Origin: Neisseria sp.
GTDB taxonomy: Bacteria > Pseudomonadota > Gammaproteobacteria > Burkholderiales > Neisseriaceae
NCBI GenBank assembly: GCA_030528455.1
Contig: JAUMYW010000003.1
Span: 3,124 to 67,123 of the forward strand
Direction of reading: 5' to 3'
DNA: 64,000 nt
Shown: positions 19,953 through 29,101 of the stretch, piece after piece
Position numbering within the stretch: position 1 is the stretch's first letter
How the letters are laid out: each line of letters begins with the position of its first letter
The notes under the pieces: generated by a model
Databases searched by the model: none
Told to the model about the DNA's origin: nothing
Seen by the model: the letters and a program-made list of their open reading frames with translations, nothing else
Position numbers and translations under genes: made by a program

Positions 19953-21755
19953 TTACGAAGTAATATGGAAATGCTGGCGGATTAGAGTTTTGAACCGCTT
20001 GACTACCTGCAGCGCATCTTTCAGCAAGTCCCGCTCCAAAGTGGACAAGTTGCCGAAATCTACCTGGTTGGGTACGTTCGATCCGCTGTGAAGCATGGAG
20101 AAATTGGCACTCAGACGCAAATCCATAATATAACTCAATGCTTCTGCTACATCTTTGCCCAAGTTTTCTTCCAAAATACCCAACTGCGTCAAATGACGGA
20201 TACGCTCGAAAGTATTGGTTTCTTCGATGCGTGCTTCCAAACTCAAAGCGCGTATACCATGAACAATCGGAAACTGCCCCATTTTTTTGATGTCCATTTT
20301 TTCGCTGCGGCCGCGCCGCAGGAATTGGGAGAAAAAGCCGCTGCTATGGCTGTCGAACTGCTCTACCGCACGGGCAAAAGCTGTCAGCATGCCGGTATCG
20401 TTAATCATGGTCTGCTGCAGATATTCTTTGACTTCCGCTAAGAGCGATATATCTCCGGCAACGGCTTTGGCATCCATGAAAATGGCCAGCTTCATCATAT
20501 TCTCACCATTTGGTGTGCGGCACCAGCCGGATACGGTTTTTTTGAAATCGGACAGGTTGCGCCTCCATTCGGCATTGTTCACCATAATCCGGCCGGCGCA
20601 GGGCGGGTAACCCATACGGGCGAGTGTGGCGGAGAACTGTTCGGCAATGTCGGCTGCCAACACGGAATCGGCCTGCTCGTTCAAAATCAGCGCATTGTCT
20701 TGGTCTGTTTTCAAAATTTGTTCGCCGCGCCCTTCCGAACCCATCACAATCAGGCAGGAGTGGTTGTACAGCTCGTCCGGCGCGAGAATGCGCCAGGCTT
20801 TTTCAAACAGCGTGGTGTTCAATACCTGCATCAGTTGAGCCAATTGCGGCGCACGTACGCCGTTGTTGCGCAGCAGACGGACGGAGTCGTTCATGTGCGC
20901 GGCAATGTCGGTCAGCTCGTCTATGGTTTTGGCACGCTCCAAGCGTTGGGCAACCAAGTGGCTGTGATTGGAAAAATAGGCCAAGATGTCGATTTGTTCC
21001 AGTGTGCCGATAGGAATACCGTGCTCTAAAACGACAACACGCTGGATTTTATGTGTTGTCATCCGCAGTAGGGCGTTGAACACGAAATCGTCGATGTCGA
21101 TGGCAATCAGATTGAAAACCGTCCAAAGATGGATGGGATCGGAGGCTTGTCCGCCGGCAATCATGATGTCGCGAAAGGAGGATTCCGTAAACAGGCCGGT
21201 TTTTCCTTGGTGGGAGACTAAAGCTGATTTTGTCTTGTATTCTTTCAATGTTCCGGCAGCTTGAAGTACGGTATCCCCTCCGTCCAGCCAAACCGGATTA
21301 CTGCGGTAGGCATCGCGTACTTTGGCCGTAAACAGACTTTCGAATTCACTTTCATTTTTGAGATGGGACAATTCGGCGAATTTGTCGGCAACACTGGTGT
21401 AGCAGTAGGCTCCGAAACGGGGATTGGATTCGATAATATGCAGTACGACGTTTTTCGGAATGGTATATACCAGTGCCTCTTCTTCTACGGTAAATTGATG
21501 ATGACTGATACCTTCAATCAGTCCGCGTGCTTCAAAAGTGTCCCGAGGATGATAAACCGATACGAGTTCGCCGTCCGGACCGATTTCTTTGACCAAACCT
21601 TTGACGACCACATATAAATATTCGATTGCCTGACCGGGAAGAATAATGTTTTCATGGTCGTGGAAAAAGGCGATATTGACTGATTTTTGCAGCGCGAGAC
21701 GTTCGCTGGGGGTCAGATAATTAAACGGTGCATAATCGAAATCAAAGCGTTCCAT
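19953..21755 (-). CDS. cNMP-binding + CBS pair + DUF294 nucleotidyltransferase protein
   Basis: N-terminal cNMP-like domain (LYVVVKGLV), CBS-like segment, MGSEGRGEQILKTDQDNAL (pol-beta GS...DxD), DIKKMGQFPIVHGIRALSL (DUF294_C). Confidence 0.88.
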   Translation of the reverse strand: MERFDFDYAPFNYLTPSERLALQKSVNIAFFHDHENIILPGQAIEYLYVVVKGLVKEIGPDGELVSVYHPRDTFEARGLIEGISHHQFTVEEEALVYTIPKNVVLHIIESNPRFGAYCYTSVADKFAELSHLKNESEFESLFTAKVRDAYRSNPVWLDGGDTVLQAAGTLKEYKTKSALVSHQGKTGLFTESSFRDIMIAGGQASDPIHLWTVFNLIAIDIDDFVFNALLRMTTHKIQRVVVLEHGIPIGTLEQIDILAYFSNHSHLVAQRLERAKTIDELTDIAAHMNDSVRLLRNNGVRAPQLAQLMQVLNTTLFEKAWRILAPDELYNHSCLIVMGSEGRGEQILKTDQDNALILNEQADSVLAADIAEQFSATLARMGYPPCAGRIMVNNAEWRRNLSDFKKTVSGWCRTPNGENMMKLAIFMDAKAVAGDISLLAEVKEYLQQTMINDTGMLTAFARAVEQFDSHSSGFFSQFLRRGRSEKMDIKKMGQFPIVHGIRALSLEARIEETNTFERIRHLTQLGILEENLGKDVAEALSYIMDLRLSANFSMLHSGSNVPNQVDFGNLSTLERDLLKDALQVVKRFKTLIRQHFHITS

Positions 21756-22080
21756 ATATTTTTCCTTTGTTTTTAATTTTTTATCTTGCAGACGGCTGAT
21801 TATGCCACGATTGCCGTTCCGTGTGGCACCTCTTGCAGATTCTGATTGCCGGTATTATTTCTTTTAGGCAGCTTGTGGGATGTTTCTGATAAGAAAAATC
21901 AGTCGGGCAAATCCAATCACGGCAATTCCGATGCGGGTTGTGCGAAGCCTGCGGCAGTTGCAATAATTTCGACAGCATAAGCCGACCATGCTGACGTGTA
22001 TCAGGTTTTCATCAAGAGAGCTCTGCAAGACGGCATAAGGTGCAGGTTTGGAAACAGATTGGATTAGGATTGCGCTTATG

Positions 22081-22112
22081 AAAATAGAAAAAGCCGCCCG
22101 ATATGGGCGGCG
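22081..22112 (-). terminator. Intrinsic terminator after accC
   Basis: On the minus strand: GCCGCCC-ATATC-GGGCGGC then TTTTTCTATTTT. Confidence 0.75.
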
Positions 22113-22122
22113 ATCGGAATTT

Positions 22123-23487
22123 TTAGCTGTTTTGCAGTTTGGCTTTGCGTTCTTCCATCCATTTTTCCAAATAATGGATACTTACGCCGCCTTCCGAGAA
22201 ACCGGCATCAGAGAATAAATCGCGGTGCAGCGGCGTATTGGTTTTGATGCCGGTAACTGCCAATTCCGCCAAGGCTACGCGCATTTTGGCCATGGCTTGT
22301 TCGCGGGTTTTGCCGTGTACGCAGATTTTTCCGATCAGGCTGTCGTAGTTCGGCGGAATGCGGTAGCCCTGATAAATATGGCTGTCCACGCGAACGCCCA
22401 AACCGCCCGGCAAATGGCAGCTTTCAATCAGACCCGGGCTCGGAATAAAGCTGTAAGGGTCTTCGGCATTGATGCGGCACTCGAAAGCATGACCTTCCAA
22501 AACGATGTCGTCCTGAGCATATTGCAGCGGCAGACCCGAAGCGATACGCAGTTGTTCCTGAACAATATCCACACCGCTGATGAGTTCGGTAACAGGGTGT
22601 TCGACCTGTACGCGGGTGTTCATTTCGATAAAGAAAAATTCGCCGTTTTCATACAGGAATTCAAACGTACCCGCCCCACGGTAGCCGATGCGTTTGCAGG
22701 CGGCTACGCAGGCTTCGCCGATTTTTTTGCGTTCCTCGGCGGTAATGCCCGGTGCGGGGGCTTCTTCAATCACTTTCTGGTGGCGGCGCTGCATGGAGCA
22801 GTCGCGTTCGCCCAAGTAAACGGCATTGCCGAATTCGTCTGCCAAAACCTGAATTTCCACATGGCGCGGTTTTTGCAGGTAGCGTTCCATGTACACCATC
22901 GGATTGCCGAAGGCCAGGCCCGCTTCGGTTTTGGTCATTTCTACCGATTTGAGCAAATCTTCGCGTTTTTCGACTACGCGCATACCGCGTCCGCCGCCGC
23001 CGCCCGAAGCTTTGATAATGACGGGGAAACCGACTTTGTCGGCGATGTTCAGGATTTCTTCGTTATTGTCGGGCAGTGCGCCGTCAGAACCGGGAACGCA
23101 GGGAACGTCGGCGGCAATCATGGCGTGTTTTGCGGAAACTTTGTCGCCCATCAGTCGGATAGTATCGGCTTTCGGACCGATGAAGACAAAGCCGGACTCT
23201 TCTACTTGTTCGGCAAAATCCGCGTTTTCCGCCAGGAAGCCGTAGCCGGGATGGATGCCGTCTGCACCTGTTACTTCGGCAGCGGCGATAATGGCGGGAA
23301 TGTAGAGATAACTTTGAGGGGAGGGCGCGGGGCCGATGCAGACTGACTCGTCAGCTAGTTTGACGTGCAGGCTGTCGCGGTCGGCTTCGGAATGCACCGC
23401 AACGGTGGCGATGCCCATTTCGCGGCAGGCGCGTAATACGCGCAGGGCAATTTCGCCTCGGTTGGCGATAAGGACTTTTTTCAACAT
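22123..23487 (-). CDS. accC: Acetyl-CoA carboxylase, biotin carboxylase subunit
   Basis: [47 protein letters not shown]. Confidence 0.97.
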   Translation of the reverse strand: MLKKVLIANRGEIALRVLRACREMGIATVAVHSEADRDSLHVKLADESVCIGPAPSPQSYLYIPAIIAAAEVTGADGIHPGYGFLAENADFAEQVEESGFVFIGPKADTIRLMGDKVSAKHAMIAADVPCVPGSDGALPDNNEEILNIADKVGFPVIIKASGGGGGRGMRVVEKREDLLKSVEMTKTEAGLAFGNPMVYMERYLQKPRHVEIQVLADEFGNAVYLGERDCSMQRRHQKVIEEAPAPGITAEERKKIGEACVAACKRIGYRGAGTFEFLYENGEFFFIEMNTRVQVEHPVTELISGVDIVQEQLRIASGLPLQYAQDDIVLEGHAFECRINAEDPYSFIPSPGLIESCHLPGGLGVRVDSHIYQGYRIPPNYDSLIGKICVHGKTREQAMAKMRVALAELAVTGIKTNTPLHRDLFSDAGFSEGGVSIHYLEKWMEERKAKLQNS

Positions 23488-23578
23488 GGCGGTTTTCCTG
23501 TGAAAACGCGGCTTGCGCGCAATTCTCAGACGGCATGGTCGGCAAGGCCGTCTGAAAATAATGGAAATGTTGGGAAAT

Positions 23579-24031
23579 TTATTCGATAACAAACAAGAGT
23601 TCGCCAAATTCGACGGGTTGGCCGTTTTCTACCAGAATGGCTTTTACAACGCCGGATTTTTCGGCTTCGATTTCGTTCATCAGCTTCATTGCTTCGATGA
23701 TGCACAAAGTATCGCCTTCTTTAACGGTTTGACCGACTTCGACAAAGGCCGGAGATGACGGGCTGGGCGCGCGATAGAACGTGCCGACCATCGGAGATTT
23801 TTGGGCGTTTGCATGGTTGGCTGCCGGTGCGGCGGCGGGAGTTGCCGGTGCGGCGGCAGGAGCGGGAACTGCGGCAACCGGTGCAGCAACGGGCGCGGGT
23901 GCGGCGTACACGGTTTGCGGAGTGGTTGAGCGGGTAATACGGACTTTTTCTTCGCCTTCGGTTACTTCAATTTCGGCAATGCCCGATTCTTCTACCAAAT
24001 CGATTAATTTTTTCAGTTTGCGCAAATCCAT
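23579..24031 (-). CDS. accB: Biotin carboxyl carrier protein
   Basis: [13 protein letters not shown]; EAMKLMN biotinyl lysine. Confidence 0.97.
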   Translation of the reverse strand: MDLRKLKKLIDLVEESGIAEIEVTEGEEKVRITRSTTPQTVYAAPAPVAAPVAAVPAPAAAPATPAAAPAANHANAQKSPMVGTFYRAPSPSSPAFVEVGQTVKEGDTLCIIEAMKLMNEIEAEKSGVVKAILVENGQPVEFGELLFVIE

Positions 24032-24498
24032 AATCATCTTCCTTTGAGTTTGGCGCAGTTCAAGCGGTCTGCGCGTGATATGCCGATTGGCACGATTTAA
24101 GGGTTTATTTTCGCCAACTTGTTGTTAAATGTCTAGCAAAATGTCGGAAATCGGCCGTTTCTTCGTTTAACCTGCAAAGAAAGTTTGGCGGCTTTCCCAG
24201 TGTTTTGCAGACGGCTTAACTGGCTGATTTTAGAGTTTTGGCTCAAATTTGGCAAGCCGGAGTACTCGGGTGCGGAATTTCTGGGAAGATGCCGGACGGA
24301 GGAAGTCTGATGTGCTTCGGGTTAAAAATGTTGTTTTTTTGTTAGGAAAATGCTTGCACGGGTAAAGCTTTTGCCGTTTAATGCGGGACTCAAACCGTTA
24401 AGAGAGAGAAGGTCAGATTTCAGGATTGCGACGGGGCGGTTTGTGCGGCATAAGGCTGTGCAGACAATGTTTTTTTATGCATTTTAAAGGATTCGCAA

Positions 24499-25647
24499 AT
24501 GAAAAAAACTGTGTTGGTTTCCATGCTGGCGGGCTTGTTTGTGGCGGCCTGCGGCGGTACCGATAACGCCCAATCCGGCAACAAAGGTTCGGAACAAGCA
24601 AGCGGACAGCCTGCCGCAACGGGCAAGCTGAATATTTACAACTGGTCGGATTATGTCGATCCGGATACGGTGGCTGCATTTGAAAAAGACAATGCGGTAA
24701 AAGTGCGTTACGACTTTTACGACAGTAACGAAACTTTGGAAGCCAAGGTGCTGACAGGCCAGTCTGGTTATGATTTGGTTGCGCCGTCGATTTCGAGCGT
24801 GGGCCGTCAGATTAAGGCGGGGGCGTATCAGGAAATCGACAAATCGCAAATTCCGAACTACAACAATATTGATCCGGAATTGCTGAAGCAGATGGCTTTA
24901 GTCGATCCGGGTAACAAGTATGCCGTGCCTTATTTTTGGGGCATCAATACTTTGGCGGTGAACAAGGCCAAAGTCGCACAGGCTTTGGGCAGTGATGATT
25001 TGCCGGAAAACGAATGGGATTTGGTATTCAATCCCGAATATACGGCCAAGTTGAAACAGTGCGGCATCAGCTTCTTCGACAGTCCGACCGAGCAATACCC
25101 TTTGGTTTTGAAATATTTGGGTAAGAATCCGAACAGCGAGACTGCTGAAGATTTGGCTGCTGCCAATGATTTGATGAAGAGTGTGCGCAAAGATGTGAAA
25201 CGTTTCAGTTCGTCAGGTTATATCGACGATATGGCACGCGGCGATTTGTGTGTAGCCATCGGTTACGGTGGTGATTTGAATATTGCGAAAAACCGTGCGG
25301 CAGAAGCGAATAACGGTGTGGAGCTGACGGTTCTGACACCGAAAACCGGTGTGGGTGTGTGGATTGATTCGTTTATGATCCCGAAAGATGCCCAAAACGT
25401 TGCCAATGCGCACAAATACATCAATTATACGCTGAATCCTGCGGTGGCGGCGAAAAACGGTGATTTTGTAACTTATGCGCCGTCCAGCAGTCCGGCTCGA
25501 GCATTGATGGATAAAAAATATTCCGACGACCAATCTATTTTTCCGAACGATGAGGTGAAGGCGAACAGTTTTGTCGTGTTGCCGAAATCTCCGGACGGCG
25601 TGAAGCTGCAAACCAAATTGTGGCAGCAGATGAAAGCCGGCCAGTAA
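24499..25647 (+). CDS. potF: Polyamine (putrescine) ABC transporter binding lipoprotein, PotD/PotF family
   Basis: Lipobox VAAC; LNIYNWSDY, YDSNETLEAK, YAVPYFWG. Confidence 0.85.
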   Translation: MKKTVLVSMLAGLFVAACGGTDNAQSGNKGSEQASGQPAATGKLNIYNWSDYVDPDTVAAFEKDNAVKVRYDFYDSNETLEAKVLTGQSGYDLVAPSISSVGRQIKAGAYQEIDKSQIPNYNNIDPELLKQMALVDPGNKYAVPYFWGINTLAVNKAKVAQALGSDDLPENEWDLVFNPEYTAKLKQCGISFFDSPTEQYPLVLKYLGKNPNSETAEDLAAANDLMKSVRKDVKRFSSSGYIDDMARGDLCVAIGYGGDLNIAKNRAAEANNGVELTVLTPKTGVGVWIDSFMIPKDAQNVANAHKYINYTLNPAVAAKNGDFVTYAPSSSPARALMDKKYSDDQSIFPNDEVKANSFVVLPKSPDGVKLQTKLWQQMKAGQ

Positions 25648-25747
25648 TCAGTAATAATCAGATGGAATCCAGCCCTGCCTTATGCAGGGCTTTTTGCAGA
25701 CGGCATCATGGTCGGACCGGATGCCGTCTGCAGGTTGGAGAATGGAA

Positions 25748-26494
25748 ATGAATATTTTGATTTGTAACGATGACGGTTATTTGGCGGAGGGCTTAGCTGT
25801 TTTGGCGCGTGTGGCGGGGGAGTTTGCCAATGTGCGCGTGGTTGCGCCCGAACGCAACCGCAGCGGTGTGAGCAATTCTTTGACGCTCGATCGGCCGCTC
25901 GGTTTGCGGCAGGCGGAAAACGGTTTTTATTATGTAAACGGTACGCCTACCGACTGTATCCATATTGCTTTGCACGCTTTGCCTGATTTCAAACCCGATT
26001 TGGTGCTGTCCGGCATTAACCACGGACCGAATATGGGGGATGATACGCTGTATTCCGGCACGGTGGCTGCTGCGACAGAAGCTTATCTGCTCGGCATTCC
26101 CGCCGTCGCCCTGTCTTTGAACGATTTTGCAGGACGGTATTGGGAAACCGCCGAATATGCGGCGTGGAAGCTGGTCGGTTATTTGGTCGGGCAGCCTTTG
26201 ATGCGGCCGGTATTGTGGAATGTCAACATTCCCTCCGTTGCGCCAGGTGATATTCAAGGCATGAAAATTACCCGGCTGGGACGCCGGCACCACCAGCAAA
26301 GCGTGATACCGATGCGCAGCCCGCGCGGTGAGGAAATGTATTGGATAGGACCTGTCGGCGATATTTCCGACGGCATCGGCGGAACTGATTTTGCCGAATG
26401 TGAGGCGGGTTTTATTACGGTTACGCCGCTGCAAATCGATTTGACCGCCCATGACGGTTTGGCCGACTGCCGCCGGTATTGGCAGACAGAGTAG
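25748..26494 (+). CDS. surE: 5'/3'-nucleotidase SurE
   Basis: [40 protein letters not shown]. Confidence 0.95.
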   Translation: MNILICNDDGYLAEGLAVLARVAGEFANVRVVAPERNRSGVSNSLTLDRPLGLRQAENGFYYVNGTPTDCIHIALHALPDFKPDLVLSGINHGPNMGDDTLYSGTVAAATEAYLLGIPAVALSLNDFAGRYWETAEYAAWKLVGYLVGQPLMRPVLWNVNIPSVAPGDIQGMKITRLGRRHHQQSVIPMRSPRGEEMYWIGPVGDISDGIGGTDFAECEAGFITVTPLQIDLTAHDGLADCRRYWQTE

Positions 26495-26629
26495 GTGTTT
26501 TTACACAGTATTGCGGAGCGAAAGGGATGCAGACCGCCTGATTAGGGTTGAGATGGGCGGTTGCTTCTATTATGATTAGCCCCGATTTGACAATAATACT
26601 GCTTTTTGGCAGATTTTAAGGATGGAACA

Positions 26630-27550
26630 ATGTTGAAACAGACAGCACGTTATGTTGCGCCGGCCGCGCTGGCCGCTTTTTTGAGCGCGTGTTCTTGGTT
26701 TTCCCAGCCGGCGGCTCCCGTTGTGGCTGGTACGGAAAGCGGTTCATACGGCTCTGCCGTGCCGACGGCCAATCCTTACGGCGCGACACCGTATAATCCC
26801 AATGCCGAGGCTGCCCCTGCCCCGTATGTTCCGGCCGTGCCTTACACGCCTCCCGCACCGGCCTATACACCGCCGTCTGCAGGCACTTCCGGTACTTATG
26901 TGCCGTCTTACGCGCCGGTGGATATCCATGCCGCCACACATACCGTTGTACGCGGCGATACGGTTTACAATATTTCCAAACGCTATAACATTTCCCAAGA
27001 TAATCTGCGGGAGTGGAACAATCTGAACGGCAACAATATTGGCGTAGGCCAAGTGTTGCGTGTGAAACCGGCCGGTTATGCTGTTCCGAAAACTTCCGGG
27101 TCTGTCGTTCCGGTTACCAAACCTGTCGTTACCGCGCCCGTTCAGACGGCCGGTACGCCGGTTCGACCCGGTGCGGTGCGTACCGTGGCAGGCATTACCT
27201 GGCAGCGTCCTGCAGACGGCAGTCTGATTACCCGTTTCGGCGGCAGCAGTAAAGGTGTGGACATCGCCGGCAACGCAGGCCAGCCCGTTTCGGCGGCAGC
27301 AGACGGTAAAGTCGTGTATGCGGGTTCGGGTTTGCGCGGTTACGGCAATTTGGTCATAGTGCAGCATAACGCCAATTTCCTGACGGCTTACGGCCATAAT
27401 CAAAGTCTGGTAGTCAAAGAGGGTCAAAGCGTCAAACGCGGCCAAATCATTGCACGTATGGGCAGCAGCGATGCCGACCGTACCAAGTTGCATTTTGAAG
27501 TGCGCAAAGACGGTAAGCCGGTCAATCCTGCCGACTATGTCGTATTTTGA
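26630..27550 (+). CDS. nlpD: LysM/M23 lipoprotein, NlpD-like
   Basis: Lipobox LSAC; LysM (HTVVRGDTVYNISKRY); M23 (GVDIAG, YGHN, LHFEVR); follows surE. Confidence 0.88.
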   Translation: MLKQTARYVAPAALAAFLSACSWFSQPAAPVVAGTESGSYGSAVPTANPYGATPYNPNAEAAPAPYVPAVPYTPPAPAYTPPSAGTSGTYVPSYAPVDIHAATHTVVRGDTVYNISKRYNISQDNLREWNNLNGNNIGVGQVLRVKPAGYAVPKTSGSVVPVTKPVVTAPVQTAGTPVRPGAVRTVAGITWQRPADGSLITRFGGSSKGVDIAGNAGQPVSAAADGKVVYAGSGLRGYGNLVIVQHNANFLTAYGHNQSLVVKEGQSVKRGQIIARMGSSDADRTKLHFEVRKDGKPVNPADYVVF

Positions 27551-27666
27551 TTCCTTTACGGTATCGGCAGACAGTCGGGCGGCAGACGGAGGTTTGCCGC
27601 CCGTTTGATTTTTAAATAATGTGCAGACGGCTTGCTTTGCCGCCTGCATTGGCGAACGGTTGGAGT

Positions 27667-28956
27667 ATGGCTGCGACGGAAAAGATTTTGTCCGCTTTGC
27701 GTTCCCGAATATCCGATATTCCCTCTGCACGCTCCGTGGAAGTCGGTTTAAGCGGAGGTTCGGACTCGGTGGTGCTGTTGTTTTTATTGAAGACATTGTG
27801 TGCCGAGCAGAATTTTGCCCTGTCGGCAGTGCATGTTCATCACGGCCTGCAGACGGCTGCGGACGCTTGGGCAGAATTCTGCCGCCGTTTGTGTGCCGCT
27901 TGGGGCATTCCTTTGCGGGTGGAATATGTGTCGGTCGAACCTTCTGGTTGCGGTGTGGAAGCGGCGGCAAGAGAAGCGCGTTATGCGGCATTCTGCCGCA
28001 GTCGGGCCGACGTGCTGGCAACGGCGCATCATGCGGACGACCAGACGGAAACATTTTTCCTGGCGGCTTTGCGCGGCGGCGGTCTGCGTGCTTTGGCTGC
28101 GATGCCGTCTGCACGTCCGCTTGCAGACGGTTTGCTGCTCTGGCGGCCGCTGCTGGGCTGTCCGCAACGGGAATTGGCTGAGTGTGCGGCGGAGCACGCC
28201 TTGCCTTTTGTCGAAGACCCTATGAATGCTGAACCGAAGTTTTTGCGTGGCTGGCTGAGACACCACGGTTTGCCTGGGTGGAAAAGCCGTGTGCCGCAAT
28301 TGGACGGCCATATCGGCAGTACGGTGGCGGTTTTGCAGGACGAATTGGCGGTTTTGCAGGAAGCTCTGGCGGCGGATTGGGCGGATTTGCAGCATGAAGG
28401 CGTATTGGACGTGGCTGCCTGGCGGGCTTTGAGTGTGCCGCGCCGCCGCGTTTTTTTGGCACATTGGGCGAAGATGCAGGGGGTGGGCGTGCCGCCGCGC
28501 CGTTCTTTGGAAAATTTTGCTGCTGTTTTGCAACACGCTTCCGCCGCGCAATGGCGTTTGCCGGCCGGAGAGGCCCTGGCTTACCAAAATCGTCTGTTTG
28601 CTTTGCCGGGCGGTCGGCGACGGCTTTTTGATGCCGTCTGCACGGGCGGAACGGAGGGTTTGGTTTTTCAGACGGCTGCGCGCGGGCTGCCGTCTGACAT
28701 CCTGCCGTCTCTGCGTTTGCGGCAGGTGCGTTCGGACGATGCTTTGTCGATGAAAACAGGGCGGAAAAAAGTGATGAAACTGTTGCAGGAATACCGCGTG
28801 CCGCCGCTGTTGCGCCCTTTATGGCCGGTGCTGGAAGCGGCGGACGGCAGTTGCGCCGCCGTTCCCAATATCCGTGTGGCCGATCGTTTTGCGCTTGATG
28901 GCGGCGGCCTGCCCGCACACGGAGGTTTGGCGAAGTTTGTGGTCGGCAGATGCTGA
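27667..28956 (+). CDS. tilS: tRNA(Ile)-lysidine synthetase
   Basis: SGGSDS PP-loop, HVHHGL, EAAAREARY, TAHHADDQTET, WRPLL; start codon uncertain. Confidence 0.92.
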   Translation: MAATEKILSALRSRISDIPSARSVEVGLSGGSDSVVLLFLLKTLCAEQNFALSAVHVHHGLQTAADAWAEFCRRLCAAWGIPLRVEYVSVEPSGCGVEAAAREARYAAFCRSRADVLATAHHADDQTETFFLAALRGGGLRALAAMPSARPLADGLLLWRPLLGCPQRELAECAAEHALPFVEDPMNAEPKFLRGWLRHHGLPGWKSRVPQLDGHIGSTVAVLQDELAVLQEALAADWADLQHEGVLDVAAWRALSVPRRRVFLAHWAKMQGVGVPPRRSLENFAAVLQHASAAQWRLPAGEALAYQNRLFALPGGRRRLFDAVCTGGTEGLVFQTAARGLPSDILPSLRLRQVRSDDALSMKTGRKKVMKLLQEYRVPPLLRPLWPVLEAADGSCAAVPNIRVADRFALDGGGLPAHGGLAKFVVGRC

Positions 28957-29043
28957 ACGTTGGGTGTTGATTGTCGGGAAAATATGGGTTTGACCGTTTT
29001 TCAGACGGCTTGTGCCGCGTATCAAGCGTTTTGCAGGAATGAA

Positions 29044-29085
29044 ACAGCCTCCCGAATGTATGCGGCATTCGGGAGGCTGTGTTTT
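29044..29085. terminator. Bidirectional terminator between tilS and the TonB receptor
   Basis: 15-bp perfect IR ACAGCCTCCCGAATG / CATTCGGGAGGCTGT. Confidence 0.85.
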
Positions 29086-29101
29086 CAGACGGCCCGAGGG
29101 T

